Part shown: piece after piece, positions 25,386-38,322 of the stretch | How the letters are laid out: each line of letters starts with the position of its first letter | How positions within the stretch are numbered: the stretch's first letter is position 1 | From: Lama guanicoe | Taxonomy: Eukaryota | NCBI GenBank assembly: GCA_013239625.1 | Contig: MU053823.1 | Coordinates: 395,698 to 459,697 of the forward strand | DNA length: 64,000 bases | Reading direction: 5' to 3' | Translations under genes and position numbers: made by a program | The notes under the pieces: model-generated | Seen by the model: only the letters and a program-made list of their open reading frames with translations | What the model was told of the DNA's origin: nothing | Database searches by the model: none

Positions 25386-26169
25386 TGGAGATGTTTTAAT
25401 GGTCTAAGCACTAGGTTTTCTATGAATAAGAGCAAAGTCAAAGTTTTATAACTTTCCGGGATCAGAGAAAATGTTATGTACATATTATATGATATGATGG
25501 AAAGTTACTGATCAAAAATAAAACAAGCAGAATGAACTTGGTTCCCAGTTTTGTTTGAGCTTCTGATGGCATTTTGTCCTTAAGATTCCAGAAGCCAAGA
25601 CTCTTAACGTAAGCTTAAACAAAGCCAAAAGACAAAAGAAGGCTGGCTTGGCCTCTCACGGAGTTCCTCCACGATTCAGAAGGATAAGGGGTCTGTATTT
25701 CTCAACTTTTCCTAACCCTGAGACAATCAGCCTCCTCTTGGACACTCATGTGGTGTCTGTGTCTGCTTGGGTGTGGCAATAAATAAGGGTCCCAGGGGGA
25801 AAAAAGAAAGAAAAAGTGTGAGGCAAAGAAAAAGGGAGAAACACAAGGATGCAAAGAAAATTTTTGGTGTAGAAGAGATGAATGTTTTAAAAGGCCAAAG
25901 AGAGAAAGGGTGATGGAGGATTGATTCCAATACAGAAGACGCCCAGAGAGGGAGAAGCGGATTCTGTGGAGAGTTTTACTGCCATTTAGGTAAGAAGGGA
26001 CCCAAGGCAAGAGGGAGGCTGGGGCTAGATTGTGAGAGAGCAAACAGGCTCGCGGAAGAAAGGCATATGCGAGCTGGAGCCAGCCCTTCAAGGGAGCACC
26101 AGACTTTCCCATCCATGTGGTCATAACCTTTGGAATGAGGGTGTGAGTGACTGCAAAGTCCCGTCCCTT

Positions 26170-26417
26170 CCCCCAGCCTCACTGTAACACTGCATCAGAC
26201 TCCTCTGGCCTGGCTTTCTCCCCACCTCTCTCTCTCTCTCTCTCTCCCCCCGTCGCTCTCCCTCATCTCATTGTTTCAGAGTTGGCCAAATTCGAAGTCC
26301 TTTCCAGGGAGTGGCCCTGTTCATCTTACTCTCCAGCCAAAGTGGAACAGAGTGAGAACGAGACAGACACATTCAGCAACCAAAGGACTGGGTGGAAAGA
26401 GCAGAGAACCGTGAACA
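26170..26417 (+). other. MFAP5: MFAP5 non-coding exon 1 (start approximate; contains (CT)n)
   Basis: Matches the recalled human MFAP5 5'UTR (ctccctcatctcattgtttcag...ccaaaggact.ggtggaaagagcag). Donor |GTAAGT at 26418. Confidence 0.8.
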
Positions 26418-26444
26418 GTAAGTTGTACAAAATAGAAGGAATGC

Positions 26445-26459
26445 GTGTGTGTGTGTGTC

Positions 26460-26490
<31 letters not shown>
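26445..26490 (+). repeat. (TG)n microsatellite in MFAP5 intron 1
   Basis: Direct reading. Confidence 0.95.
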
Positions 26491-26925
26491 TGAAGGGCTG
26501 GAAGTGGACAATGGGGAATGTCACTGACTTAGAACTGAACAGACATTCCAATTATCCATGGAATTCAAATGAGGAGACACGGAGATGAGCAGATGGTATC
26601 AAAAAGCCACAGATATCAAAACAGAAGATTAGACTCTAGGGGTGAAAGAGGCCACAGTGTGGGGGCAAACGTGAACCATGTAGAGTGAAAAACTTCCTCT
26701 GACTTGGTAAAAAAAAAAGTAATCAGAGTGAAAATAACAGTAGTTGATGAAAGAACAGAATTTGATGGAGAAATAAATGTTGGGGGAAAGAGGAGGGTTT
26801 GAGTCTTGTGGGGGACCAGGAAAGTTCCTGCAAAGACGCAGACAGGGGCCCTACAGATCTCCTTGCCTGGAAATGCTGAGCAACGCAATCTCCACTCCCC
26901 CCTCTCCCTGCCCCACATGTTAGAC

Positions 26926-26983
26926 ATGCTGCTTCTGGGACCCAAAGTGCTGCTGCTTCTCGCTGCACTCATCATCCCCTCTG
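26926..26983 (+). CDS. MFAP5: MFAP5 coding exon (exon 2): MLLLGPKVLLLLAALIIPS, signal peptide
   Basis: TAG|ACATG acceptor, donor G|GTGAGT; homologous to human MSLLGPKVLLFLAAFIITS. Confidence 0.97.
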
Positions 26984-28021
26984 GTGAGTCCCCGTCTTTT
27001 TTCTCTTCTCCTGAAAATGTCAGCTCCTCAGCTATAGATGTGGGTGGAGGTGTCTGTTAGAGGGTGGACAGAAGGCATTTAAAGGGGAACGGGAGGAGAG
27101 ATGCTTGCTGTTGAGTTCTAGAATTGCCATTAAAAAGAAGAGAACAGATTTTGTGTCAAAGAAGAAAGGGCAGGGATGTGGTTAGCGATGAGCTAAGATT
27201 TGGGAAGAGGCATTCTGAGAGTTCTGAAATGAAGGTAAAGCTAAGATTCACACAAAAGCATATGAACCCGAAGAGGGATACACACATAACTACACAAGGA
27301 AACAAATACCAAAGGAAAAAGAAACTAATCTATACAAATGCGTACATAAACATGTAAGGACCACCTCCTAAAGTCGAATTTAAACTGTGCAGGGAAACAG
27401 TGAGGATATATACACTTAACAGCTAACAAACACTAGCATTTATACAGTAACACCCAACTGCACACAAACATTTCCACATGCACACAAAAACGTGTTGCCT
27501 CCTCCATGCACAAGAAAATGATCTTCATGGATTTCACAGAATCTAGCTAGACGATTGGCCACAGAAAGTGAAACTTGGGCTTAAAAGAAATCCTGTTGTT
27601 TTTTTTTTTCACCTCATTCTGCCAAATACAGACTGTGAGAAAATAGTTCTTTGGCTTTGTGCAGTAGTGTAGCTGGAGGGGTGGCAAGGGCGTGGGGAGA
27701 AGGACGGGGCACATCAGAAAGGCTGCTGGCCTGGGGGTGGCTCAGGACTCCACCCCTTCTGGTTGGGAGGCGAGGGCATCTCGGGAGTGAGGGCGCAGCA
27801 GAGCACACCTTTATGCTCAAGGATCTGCCGTCTTTGAGTGCTTCCATGTTTGGGTGGGGCACTAACGGTCCGAGTAGTTTTATACTGAGCTAAAAGAGAA
27901 ATAAAACACAGAAAGATAGAGTACAACCATTTTTGCATCATTCTCTGGTTCCTCTCCTAAAAGCTTTCTGGGGTGTGGCGCTACAGTCATTCACATACCT
28001 TTTCTGCTTCCTTTGGTACAG

Positions 28022-28057
28022 ACTGGACACCCCTAGGGGTCACTGGTCAACGAGGAG
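28022..28057 (+). CDS. MFAP5: MFAP5 exon 3: DWTPLGVTGQRG
   Basis: 36 nt, AG/GTAAGT. The RGD motif is completed across the junction with exon 4. Confidence 0.97.
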
Positions 28058-29310
28058 GTAAGTGAACTCTTGGATCTGGGCTCTGTTGGGGTTCGTATCA
28101 GGACATTGTAGCCAAACGGTCAGGATTAAAGAATCGGTACCACAGCAGAGAGGCATTGCCACGGTGCGGGACGTAGCATCCTGTTCTCCTGTTCAACAGT
28201 CCTGTTAATCCCACGTGCAAAACCTTCGTGTTCTTTTTTTTAACTACTGAACTAACTACCTGAGTCCTCCTCTGTGTCCATCCTGTTTCCACTCCCTCAG
28301 AAAATGCCCACTAATCCTAACAGAAAGCATCTTCTCCTCCATGTAACAGTGGAGAAACTAAAGTGCAAAGACAGATAAGAAGTCTTCCCACTACTATAGA
28401 AAAACTGTGGCAAAACCGGCCCAAACCCGATGGTTTTGGCTTCGAGAAAGGACCACTTCCTTCAGCTTGGGGAAGGAAACTCTGGCCAACATCCCCCGCC
28501 CGCCTCCAGGGGTTCAGCACAATTACAGCTGCTCCCTTACTTTCCCCAGTCCTTGAGAGTGCCGCAGTCTGCAACCCATTCATGGGTCAAAAATCAAATT
28601 TGTGGGTCACAACCGGTGTTTTTAATGAGTTAGGATAGATTTAAATAAAGATAGAGTGCACTGCACGTACCTTACAAAGTATTATCTTATTAAACTTGTT
28701 TCAGTTTTATATGCGTATAGTGGGGCGCAATATAATCTCTTTTTTACTGTGCATCCTGGTAAAGATAAAAATATAGGGAAAAAATGTTTTTCTCTGTTGT
28801 GGGTAAAGAGGTCTGAATCCTGAAGTTTCTAAACCGAGATCCTGCTTCGGCACTAGCAAAACTAAAAATCCAGATTCCTGTCTTTGGGCTGGTTAAGGGC
28901 CAGTTCTATTTCATGACTTTCTGATGCTTTTCTAGCAGACATATTGATATGACGAAAATGTCTTCTTTAGAGTCCTTTGCAGAGAACAGTCATGAGTCCT
29001 AGCCAAAGCCTTCATATGGTGGTAGCTCATGGAAAATGTGGGTAAACAGACACTAGACAGAGAACTAGTCCTCTGCCTGAAATTCTGAGAAGACAGCTGG
29101 GTTACTCTCACACTGTGCTCGCCCACTGCCTCCTCCGTCTCTGTGAGTGGTTGGACTGGAATGTAGCTGGAGAGAAAGGGAGAAAGGGCAGGACTGGGTT
29201 ACACCCTGGAGAGGATCCACTCCCTTCTTACAGCCTCTGGAATGATTTGGGTCAGTGGTTTTTCCAGCCTGAGACTGGAGCACACGAATTCCTTTTCTGA
29301 AAATCTGTTG

Positions 29311-29445
29311 TGGGGGTAGGGTATAGCTCAGTGGTGGAGCGCCGGTTTAGTGTGCAGGAGGTCCTGAGTGCAATCCCCAGTGCCTCCATCAAAAAAAAAA
29401 AAATTAAAGAAATAAACCGAATTACCTACCCACCTCGACCCCCAC
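29311..29445 (+). mobile_element. Camelid SINE
   Basis: SINE head plus A-rich tail. Confidence 0.9.
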
Positions 29446-29833
29446 CAAAATGTGCTGTGAAAGAAGAAAGCTTATACCTGAGTGTGAAAGAGAAAAAGGC
29501 TCTTTTGCCAGATTCGATGACTCTCTCTCTGGAATTTTTTTGTAAAGGAGGTAGTAAGCAATAAGTCCTTCAGAATGTTTTATGTGTGTTTTGCCTCTAG
29601 TACAATGATCAATAACTCTGACCTGCTTTATAAAAATTCAGGTCCCACAGGATTTTAAACCTAGCATTTATACACCGAAGTAAAAGCAAATCGTGAATTT
29701 GCTGACCCCTAGCGGGTAAAATAGATTATGACCATTAGCCGTTTACAATAAAGCTTAATTACAGATGGGATATTTGTTCGACATTTAGGTCTTAAAACTG
29801 CACTGTCATTTTGCTTTTTAAGTAGACACTGGT

Positions 29834-29977
29834 TGGGGGAAGGGTAACAGTTCGTGGTAGAGTGCATGCTCAGCATGCATGAGGTCCTGGGTTCAATCCC
29901 CAGTGCCTCCTCTAAAACTAACTAAATAAATAAACCTAATTACATACCCACCAAAAAAAGCCAAAAAAAAAAAAAAA
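29834..29977 (+). mobile_element. Camelid SINE
   Basis: SINE head plus A-rich tail. Confidence 0.9.
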
Positions 29978-30630
29978 CCTTATCATCATTACCTTTCGTG
30001 AAAACTCTTTTGTGTATAAGCTTATCAAACAGATATCATCCCATTATATCAAAATTATAAATATCAAAATCACAGTGTGGCTGAGAAAGACAATTTTTAT
30101 TTTAAATAAGTATTTGTAAAGAGGTCATCAAGCCATTGTGATTATTAACAAGCTCTCTGACCTTGGGTAAGTTACTCTCCTGGTGTTCAGTTTTATTATC
30201 TATAAAAGCAAGCACACAGTCATCCCAAATTAGCTGTATGTGTCATTATCCGTTAGGATAAAGAAGTTATTCTTGCAGTCCAATGCTTAACCAAAGTCGC
30301 ACTGAGAAAGAGGATGCCTGTGGAGGACTGTCTGATGGGCATGTAGTTCAGTTCATTCATTCCCCTAAACAAGGGGGACAGAGGAAAAGGGACACTGGTG
30401 GGGACAAAGGCTAGGACTGTATGGGTCTATTCATGGAAGCAGTAAAGTGTGACATGTGTCTGGGACAGACACAAGGGGAAGGACTTGAGCTGGGAAGCAG
30501 ACGAAGAAAAGCACCTGTGGGCTCTCACTCCGTGCCCTCTGCCGTGCTAGACAGTTTCACTTAGCAGGGGTGCGGGGTGGTAGGGGGACAGAAAATGCTC
30601 AGAAAGTGTTTTCTGACTGTCTTTCTGCAG

Positions 30631-30675
30631 ATGATGTAACTTCAGTGACTCCAGAAGCATTCACAGAAGATCCTA
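30631..30675 (+). CDS. MFAP5: MFAP5 exon 4: DDVTSVTPEAFTEDP
   Basis: 45 nt, canonical splice sites. Confidence 0.97.
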
Positions 30676-30989
30676 GTAAGCTACTCTTTTGTCCATTTCT
30701 TTGCTTTCATACTGGGGGTGGAAGAACTGAGGATGATATCGGTACAAAGTAAAACGAAGACTTCTAGTCTTCAGAGCCCCGCTGTCCATCTTACATGCCA
30801 CCAATGCTATAACATGCCCAATCTTTTTATCTCTTCCCTTTCCTTCTGGGGTAGTCCCTCGTATTTGCCCAATTGTCCACATTCTTTCACTTCAGTCTTG
30901 CCTCCTTTTAGACCATCCTGCCTTCCTCCCACTTCCCTTTGCTACTTTGCCTGCTTGTACTTTTCATTCTCTGTGTTGTATCTTTGCAG

Positions 30990-31022
30990 ATCTGGTGAAT
31001 GATCCCGCGACAGATGAAACAG
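30990..31022 (+). CDS. MFAP5: MFAP5 exon 5: NLVNDPATDET
   Basis: 33 nt, canonical splice sites. Confidence 0.97.
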
Positions 31023-31437
31023 GTACGTTTCACTCTCGTTCCTAGAAATGGCATGATGTTTGCTAATATTCACATTTATTCCAGCTCTTGACTTAATCTC
31101 ATTTTTATTGCTGGGAAAGGAATAGAGGGATTGTGGGCGTGTTGTTCAGTGGCAGTGGGATAAAAGGAAAGAAACCTCCTCAAAACAAGAGGAAGCAAAG
31201 TAGATAAACAGCTTTAAAAAAAAAGGCATGGATAAACAAAAACTAGTATAATGTCAACAGGCCAAATATTCGCAATTATTCAATTATTTCAATTAACTCT
31301 GTTCCCTTGGACGTAACACCCAAACCCAGCCATAATCTCGACCTTGCCCTGGTATCACCATCCTCCCCTCTTCTGCTCTGCCTTCCCCCTCTGCCACTTC
31401 AAAGCCCTCCTCACACCACTGTTTTGTGCCTTTTCAG

Positions 31438-31473
31438 TTCTGGCCGATATCGAGCCTTCCACAGATGACCTGG
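31438..31473 (+). CDS. MFAP5: MFAP5 exon 6: VLADIEPSTDDL
   Basis: 36 nt; lacks the extra VLA seen in human. Confidence 0.96.
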
Positions 31474-31599
31474 GTGAGTTCAGATCTGGGATCCCAGGGC
31501 CACCGGGGCCCTGCTGGGCTTTCCCCAGAGCCCACGATGGAAGGCAGTATATCTGGTGAAGGATCTTAATAGGACCACATTATACGTAGCACATTCGTC

Positions 31600-32710
31600 C
31601 AGCAGTTCAATTTAAATGAATAACATTTTTGATCCACTGACAAGCAAAACCATACTAGGGGTTTGATATACATAATACCAAGATCTGATTTTCCTCTCAA
31701 GTTTCCTAGACTGGATGGGCAAAAGGCCAGACAAATATACGAACAAATGTTTGGTGAAGATAAAGGGAAACACTCTAGAAGGAGTAACGGTTGAACTGAA
31801 TCTTGAAAGAAGCTCTGTAATAAGCCAGGCAGTGGAGGAGGGCGTGGGCATTCCAGCCAGAGGGAGAAGCACGTTCAAAGTTGCAAATGCAAAAGAGAAC
31901 TTGGCACACTGGGGAAGCTGAGTTTTCCGAACGAATAAAGCAAGAACTACAGGGAATAAGTGGTAGGACATGAGAAAAGGACACAGCAACCAGATCGAAA
32001 CAAATAGTGACTGAAAGCCTCTTCTAGGTGGCAGGGATGTAAAGGTGAACAAAAGCCGTCTTCCTCTAGGTATGTTTTGTCTAATAAACAAGATAGAAAA
32101 ATGAACGGATAACTATTTAGTTTCCAAAAATGCTGTCTTCAGGATAAGCCAATATTCAATAACTGAATATTCAGTGTTGAGAGATAGGAAAGGCTTTTCT
32201 GGGGGGCACACCGACTGGCTTCAGTCTTGAAAGACAAGTACAAATGAATAGAAGAGGGAAGAGCTTTGAGGTAAAGAAAACAATATGAGCAAAGGCTTAG
32301 GGTGGAAATGAAAACCACTCAGAATAGTTCTAAGCAGATTCTTGACGTGGAAAACCAGCTGAAGGCTGTTGCTGTGGCCCCAGTAAAGGATGACGGCCTG
32401 AACTACGTGAGAGGTAAGGCAGAGAATTAAATGAGCTGCAAGGGAGAGGGGACCACTGAGATGATGTCCAGTTTTCTGTTAGGTAGATGGTATCTCAAAG
32501 GTGGATGGTGGCACCACTCACTGAAGAACAACTTGAACTGGTGAAGGGAAAGATAAGGCTGTTTGAGACACTGAAGGATCCACGAACTCTTCCACAAAGT
32601 GGCAGTTGGATTTGTAGCTCTGAAGCTTATTAGAAGAAAGCTCTGGGCTAGGTAGAATTCTCAGCATATAAGCCTGCAGTTGCAGCCATAGGGTAGATGC
32701 GATCACATAG
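31600..32710. mobile_element. L2 remnants in MFAP5 intron 6
   Basis: Degenerate L2 motifs (ggcattccagccagagggagaagc, gcagttggatttgtagctctgaagct). Confidence 0.6.
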
Positions 32711-33329
32711 CATTCCTCCTACAGTATCCTATCAGCAACTCTCCCACAGACATTTATACAGGTAACTCCCACGGTTAGTCTATTTCCTCAAGACTCATCT
32801 TACTCCCTGACTTTTATTCTCCATCCTACAAACTCGGCTGGTATTTAACTTGCCCCTAGGTTAGGGTTAGCTATGACTATGCCCCTCGCTACCCTTTACC
32901 AAGTAACTTTTATCAAAGAACCCATGATGGTGTATGTAATTTACAGAAGAGATTTCCTTTCACGAGGAGGAAGAGCTTCAGCAACAGGATAATGGTCTGT
33001 TCTCTCCTTCACTCTGGGATGAAGCGCTGGCTCTTTGCCTTGTGTCCCTCCCAAATTTGCTTCTTGACAAAAACACAAAGTTACTCTCCATACAATGAAT
33101 GTCTCAACTCTCTAGCAGAGAAAGGAGAAAGACAGAACTATATTCCCCATCCTAACTTCTAAATCGCTTTAATTTTGTGGATCAAAACACCCCATTATGG
33201 GTTTTCTTTTAGACGTTGCTGAAAAGAGTTACTAACTCATCTATGAACTCTAGGAGTATGGCAACATGACAGTTAAGGGGAAGTGACTTCCAGAACTAGT
33301 AATAACTGAATCAAATTTCTGCCTTCCAG

Positions 33330-33359
33330 CCTCACCCAGCGATAAAAACGCCACCACAG
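33330..33359 (+). CDS. MFAP5: MFAP5 exon 7: ASPSDKNATT (N-glycosylation sequon NAT)
   Basis: 30 nt, CCAG|...|GTATGA. Confidence 0.93.
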
Positions 33360-34068
33360 GTATGACTGGTTTTTTGCCTATCTTTTTCTTACGCTTTTTT
33401 TTTCTTCCTGTGGATTCCTTACCTCCTTGTTCTTCAGAGGATACTAGGTACTTCTATTTTATTTCCAGCTCTTTATCAAAGACTATTTGTAGTGCTCTTC
33501 ATTATCCCCCCACCTCATCCCACTGTTTTGAGCCCCTGTTCTACAAATCATGGGGGAAAGATGGGACCACTGTTGCAGGGTCCCAGAACAGTCGTCTCCC
33601 TAAACTACCTTTGGACTTCATCGGCTGGTTAGTGGGCAAGGAAGTGACCGCAGGGACTCCGTGTTACTACACACGTCATGCTTTCTCTAATGTACTGGTA
33701 ATTCTGATGTGCAGCTGGCGTTGAGAACTGTTGGCCCACCTTGGAATTCACGTTCTTCAGAATGGGACTGTCGGCATCTCATTCTGATCTTTTATGTGCC
33801 CACTGGTATAACCCTAGAAGGACTCTTTTTCCTCAGGGAGTATTTCATGTACTTTGCTTCCAGGTAGGGAAGTACCTAAATTTCACTGTGGCCAGTTTCT
33901 ATCATGGCCGCGCTTTGCTGAGCAGGAAGCACGTGCCCCCACTCACACTAACCCTCTGCGGAGACTACTTTCTGGATTTTCCCACATCTCGCCCCCTCCA
34001 TCACTTTAACCCTGCGTTCATGCCTGTTTGTTACACTTCTCCCTGCTTTTCACGTTGGGCTTCTTCAG

Positions 34069-34156
34069 AGTGCCGCGATGAGAAATTTGCCTGCACGAGA
34101 CTCTACTCTGTGCATCGGCCGGTCAAGCAATGCATCCATCAGTTATGCTTCACGAG
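34069..34156 (+). CDS. MFAP5: MFAP5 exon 8: ECRDEKFACTRLYSVHRPVKQCIHQLCFT (matrix-binding domain)
   Basis: 88 nt; conserved MAGP cysteine pattern. Confidence 0.98.
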
Positions 34157-34354
34157 GTAAAGGGTCCCAGAACACCCAGAGCATCGCCCGTGATAGTGTT
34201 TTCATGCCAGTAACTACTTAGTGGGCACCCACCATGGAATTTCTGTCTTTAGAGGGGCAGACATTTTTAGCATAGCCCTCTTAGTTATTCCTGAAGGTGC
34301 CAGCTAGAACCTGGAGTCTGATTGGGGTACACAGAGAACAGTTTTTGTCTGTCG

Positions 34355-34457
34355 TTTGGGGGGGTGGAGAGATTAGGTTTCTTTATTTATTTTGCCCAAA
34401 TGGAGATACTGGGGATTGAACCCAGAATCTCGTGCACACTAAGCATGTGTTCTACCA
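34355..34457 (-). mobile_element. Camelid SINE
   Basis: Reverse complement of consensus; TSD-like agaacagttt. Confidence 0.9.
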
Positions 34458-34854
34458 CTGAGCTCTGCCCTCCCCCCAAGAACAGTTTCACTAACAAATC
34501 TAGATGCTAGAGGCCAGTGAAGGTGAGGGCTGGAGGAGGCGTAGCTATGAGGGACACTCTGGGTTTATCAAGTTTAGCACCTCATATAAAGAGGCTGGAG
34601 CAAAAGATCCAAGAGTGAAGGTGGAAAATGGTGGGGAGGAGTATTAAGTCTGACTCTGGGTAGAGTGTGCAGTGTCACTTGAGAAGAGTGAGCAGGCAAG
34701 AAGTCTGAAACGCGTAAGGAAATCCAGACACGGGGAGAACAGATAGGGAAGGGCAGGGAACACGGGAGTTGAAGAGGCATCGCCAACCCAGGCTGCTTCT
34801 TCCTCTCACTGTTTTTTCTGTCTCCTTCCTGCACCGTGACGTTGTGACTGACAG

Positions 34855-34928
34855 TTTACGGCGTATGTACATCATCAACAATGAGGTCTGCTCCCGTCTT
34901 GTGTGCAAAGAACACGAAGTTATGAAAG
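34855..34928 (+). CDS. MFAP5: MFAP5 exon 9: SLRRMYIINNEVCSRLVCKEHEVMK
   Basis: 74 nt, canonical sites. Confidence 0.98.
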
Positions 34929-36060
34929 GTAAGGTGCCGTCCGGCTTTTCAGTGGGGAGGTCGGTAGCGAGAGAGGTAACTAGGGGCACAGACCCAAAGT
35001 CTGGCTTTGGGGGGATTTAGGTTACTCCCTAACTTCCATCAGCACCTGCTCGCCAGGTGACCCCCAACAAACAATCTAAGGAAAGCACTATCATGCTTAA
35101 TAAATGCATAACCCTGAGAAAAGAACCCCGAGATCTCTTTGCAGCCGGACTTGTAACCCCCAGCCTCTCTCAGAGCGTTCTGAAGTTCATTCACCAAGGT
35201 TCTAGATGAAAAGGCCAAGTCAGCCATTACGAAGAATAGACTCTACTGGCTTCCATCCATATTCTTAACTCTAAAAATTAAAAAGAAGCCACTAATCTGG
35301 AGACAGCAACGTTTGGATAGGGCTTACAAACAAACCAATAAAAAGTGGACTGGACGCCTAGACACTGAGTACATTATAAACAGTCCGCCCCTCCCAAGAC
35401 CCATTTACATGGCTTACTGTGACATTTCACAGGTAGAAGAAGGCAGAAAGATTTCACTAAAAAAAAAAAAAAAACAATGACAAGGGTCCAAAGTGTGTGG
35501 TTATAGAGCATGCATGGTGAGAAAAAGCTATTTCTCGCCTTGCCCTGGCCAGCCCCGAACGATGGCTGTGGTGGGCGAACACACCGCAGACTCGGCCACT
35601 TCTGACTCATCAGCCGGCCTCGTGCTGAGCGCCTGAGTAAGAGCTGTAGCTGACTTCGCAGAAGGAAACCTGCTGCTTGCCCACCTCCGGCTTCGTGCAA
35701 GCCACCTGCAAGGGAAGCACCTTGACACTGAGGATGAGTCTCTGGGACTCCAGGCACTTTCAAGCATCTCAGGGGACTTGCTAAAGTTAGCCCCTTGCAC
35801 ATAGTAAACACTTAAACACATACTGAATGACTGAACCTCTCTCTCTTTTTTTAATTGCTATTTAACAAGTCCACAATTAAAAGAACTGGGAGCTAGTTAC
35901 ATAAAAGAATCTAAACTGTACTGATCACTTGCGCCAGGGACTTTGAATGCACTCTTTCACTTTAACGCTTTGACGACCACAGTGTTGAGACGCGTGCTTT
36001 AGCGCTTGTTTTACAGGGAGGGATAGTGAGGTCCAGAAAAGCTGAGAAACTTTCTAGTAC

Positions 36061-36231
36061 GTAGTAGATTACCATGCGGCTTCTACACAAACATTCTATA
36101 CACAATTTCAAGGGAAAATAAACTTTAGGTTAGTAATATTAACTACTGAATCTGTCTGCAGTAGATCTTAGGGTAGGAGAAACCATCACCGCCCCTCTTA
36201 GCTAACCACAGAACTTCATTTATGTTCCATT
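36061..36231 (+). repeat. Copy of MFAP5 3'UTR segment in intron 9
   Basis: Aligns closely with 36738-36914. Confidence 0.92.
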
Positions 36232-36382
36232 CTAGAAGGGGCAGAGCTGGGCTTCCAACCCAGATCCCTTTCTCTCCAGCCTTTTCAGCACATCACCCCG
36301 CCCTCTCCTCTCCCCCTGGAGCACGGGCCCTTGCGGTCTCCTGCATTCTCATCCCCTCATGCTCGCTCTGCTTCTCTTCCAG

Positions 36383-36495
36383 ATGAGCTGTGCCGGCAGA
36401 TGGCGGGTCTGCCCCCAAGGCGACTCCGGCGCTCCAGCTACTTCCGCCTTCCTCCTTGTGAAAATGTGAATTTTCAGAGACCCAGCGGTCTGTGA
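36383..36495 (+). CDS. MFAP5: MFAP5 exon 10 CDS: DELCRQMAGLPPRRLRRSSYFRLPPCENVNFQRPSGL*
   Basis: Exons sum to 513 nt = 170 aa + stop. Proprotein-convertase site RLRR is retained. Confidence 0.98.
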
Positions 36496-36737
36496 TCACC
36501 AAGGAAGAGGAAAGAAAGAACGTGTGGGTGGGAGGGAGAGAGTGCTGTAAGAGGGAACTCCTCATTCAACCTCTGTCAGCCAACCCACGGACATGAGTAT
36601 TTCTTAAACCAGCGCCTTCGCGATGTTTAGCTTCTGCCCCCACTTCTTGATTTTTCACCCATTTATCTCACTTTTCAGTACTTAAAACACAGCCTCTATT
36701 ATTGCATGGTTTTGCTGCTTCCCAGTATCATAGACAT

Positions 36738-36914
36738 AGTAGATAAATGATTCCCATGTGGCTTTTACACAAACATGCTGCATACAGTTTCAAGGGAAAA
36801 TAAACTTTAGGTTAGTGATATTAACTACTGAATCTGTCTGCGATAGATCTTAGGGTTGAAGAAGCCATCACTGTCCATCTCAGCCAACCACAGAACTTCA
36901 TTTATCTTCCATTC
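36738..36914 (+). repeat. 3'UTR donor segment of the intron-9 duplication
   Basis: tttcaagggaaaataaactttaggttagt.atattaactactgaatctgtctgc..tagatcttagggt...aaccacagaacttcatttat.ttccattc is shared between copies. Confidence 0.92.
36799..36804 (+). terminator. MFAP5: MFAP5 candidate poly(A) signal AATAAA
   Basis: First AATAAA after the stop codon. Confidence 0.6.
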
Positions 36915-38322
36915 AAGACTTTCCTAGGTTAACTCCCCCTTGACCTCCCTAGTCCACTTTACTCTTATTAACTACTTCGCTGGATTGTCCTAACATCTGC
37001 CTGGCAGGGCTTCTTTATGAGAAGGTTATGATGATTTTTGTAATCCTAAAAAATTCTACAGAGCCAAGAGTTACACAATCCAACTAGCAATATATAATAT
37101 AAAGACCAAAAATGTCTTTTTTTTTTTCCAAAAATGTTGTCTTGTGCTAAGCTCAGAGGCTGAGGCTAGAGAGAGAGGCATGGGCCAAGTATAAAATTAT
37201 TCCATTTTTCATGCAGCCGTTCAGTTGCCAAGTAGGACTAGAAAGTCTCATTTACTTACTCATTTCCGGTGGAATTGGGGTTAGCCCATGTCCACAGCTC
37301 ATGAGACAGTTTAATGTGAAACTGTACCATTGCTCTGAGTTGCCCTGAGTTGTTGCTACTTCTTTCATCCTCACCACTTACCAAAATCTGTAGATTATTG
37401 AGCAAATGGAAATGGATTCTGGAATAGCCTGATTTGGGGCCTAAGGGCATTCAGACCTGAATATTAATAGGCAGGTTGAAAGTTTACCTAATGGTTTACA
37501 GGAAAGAGTAACAGAAACACAATATTCAGACAACTTGCATCCTTGTCCTGGCTCTGGCAGCAACCAGGAAGCCCCAGATAAGCCATGTTCCTTCATTTCC
37601 CCATCGTTAACATGAGACAGGTAAATGTACATTAGTTCTAAGGCTTCTTTTAATTCTATGAGTTGAGTTTCAAATGCATTATTCATATTTCTTGAAGCCT
37701 AGATGCAATCTAATTCACAGCAACCACATCTGCCTTATAAGGAAGGAAATACCCTGTATTAGGGCAGCAGTCCACAACGCAACAGGACAAAATGCCACCA
37801 TAAATGGCAAATTATATATTACGGATGCTTTCATCTGAATAGCCCACTAACTTTCTAAAAAAGCCAATGGAATTTAAATAGAAACTAGGGCACTTTGAGA
37901 CAACAAGTTATGTGTGACAGAATTCCACTTGGTAAGGGTTGGATTCCTTCCAGATTGCTGAAAAACCATCTAAATGAGGACCAGATTCTTGATGTTAAGA
38001 AGCCAACTTAGTTTAATAGGATTTGAACAACTCACTAAAGAGAAATGCTAGAAAAAGACCCAGAGCATGTAATCCCTGCCCTAATCTCTGGAAGCAAGTG
38101 TGCTTGTAACAGACAGACACGTTCAATGGCTATTTTGGAGCCACCGTAGAGACAACTTGTAGGCGCAGAGTTCTTTAAGGGTCTCTTCAGGAACTTGACC
38201 CTCCTATGGCTTATTGAACAAGAGGAGTCTTTCGCACCAGAAAGCAACCCAATCCCAAGATTGTACTGCAAATGAAACGTTTTAAATAATTATTTTTTCC
38301 AATTTCCTTCTCGGAACAGAGT

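Noticed and set aside
31438-31473. MFAP5 exon 6 shorter than human as a camelid-specific deletion
   Set aside because: 170 aa matches my recollection of bovine MAGP-2; the human VLAVLA looks like the derived duplication.
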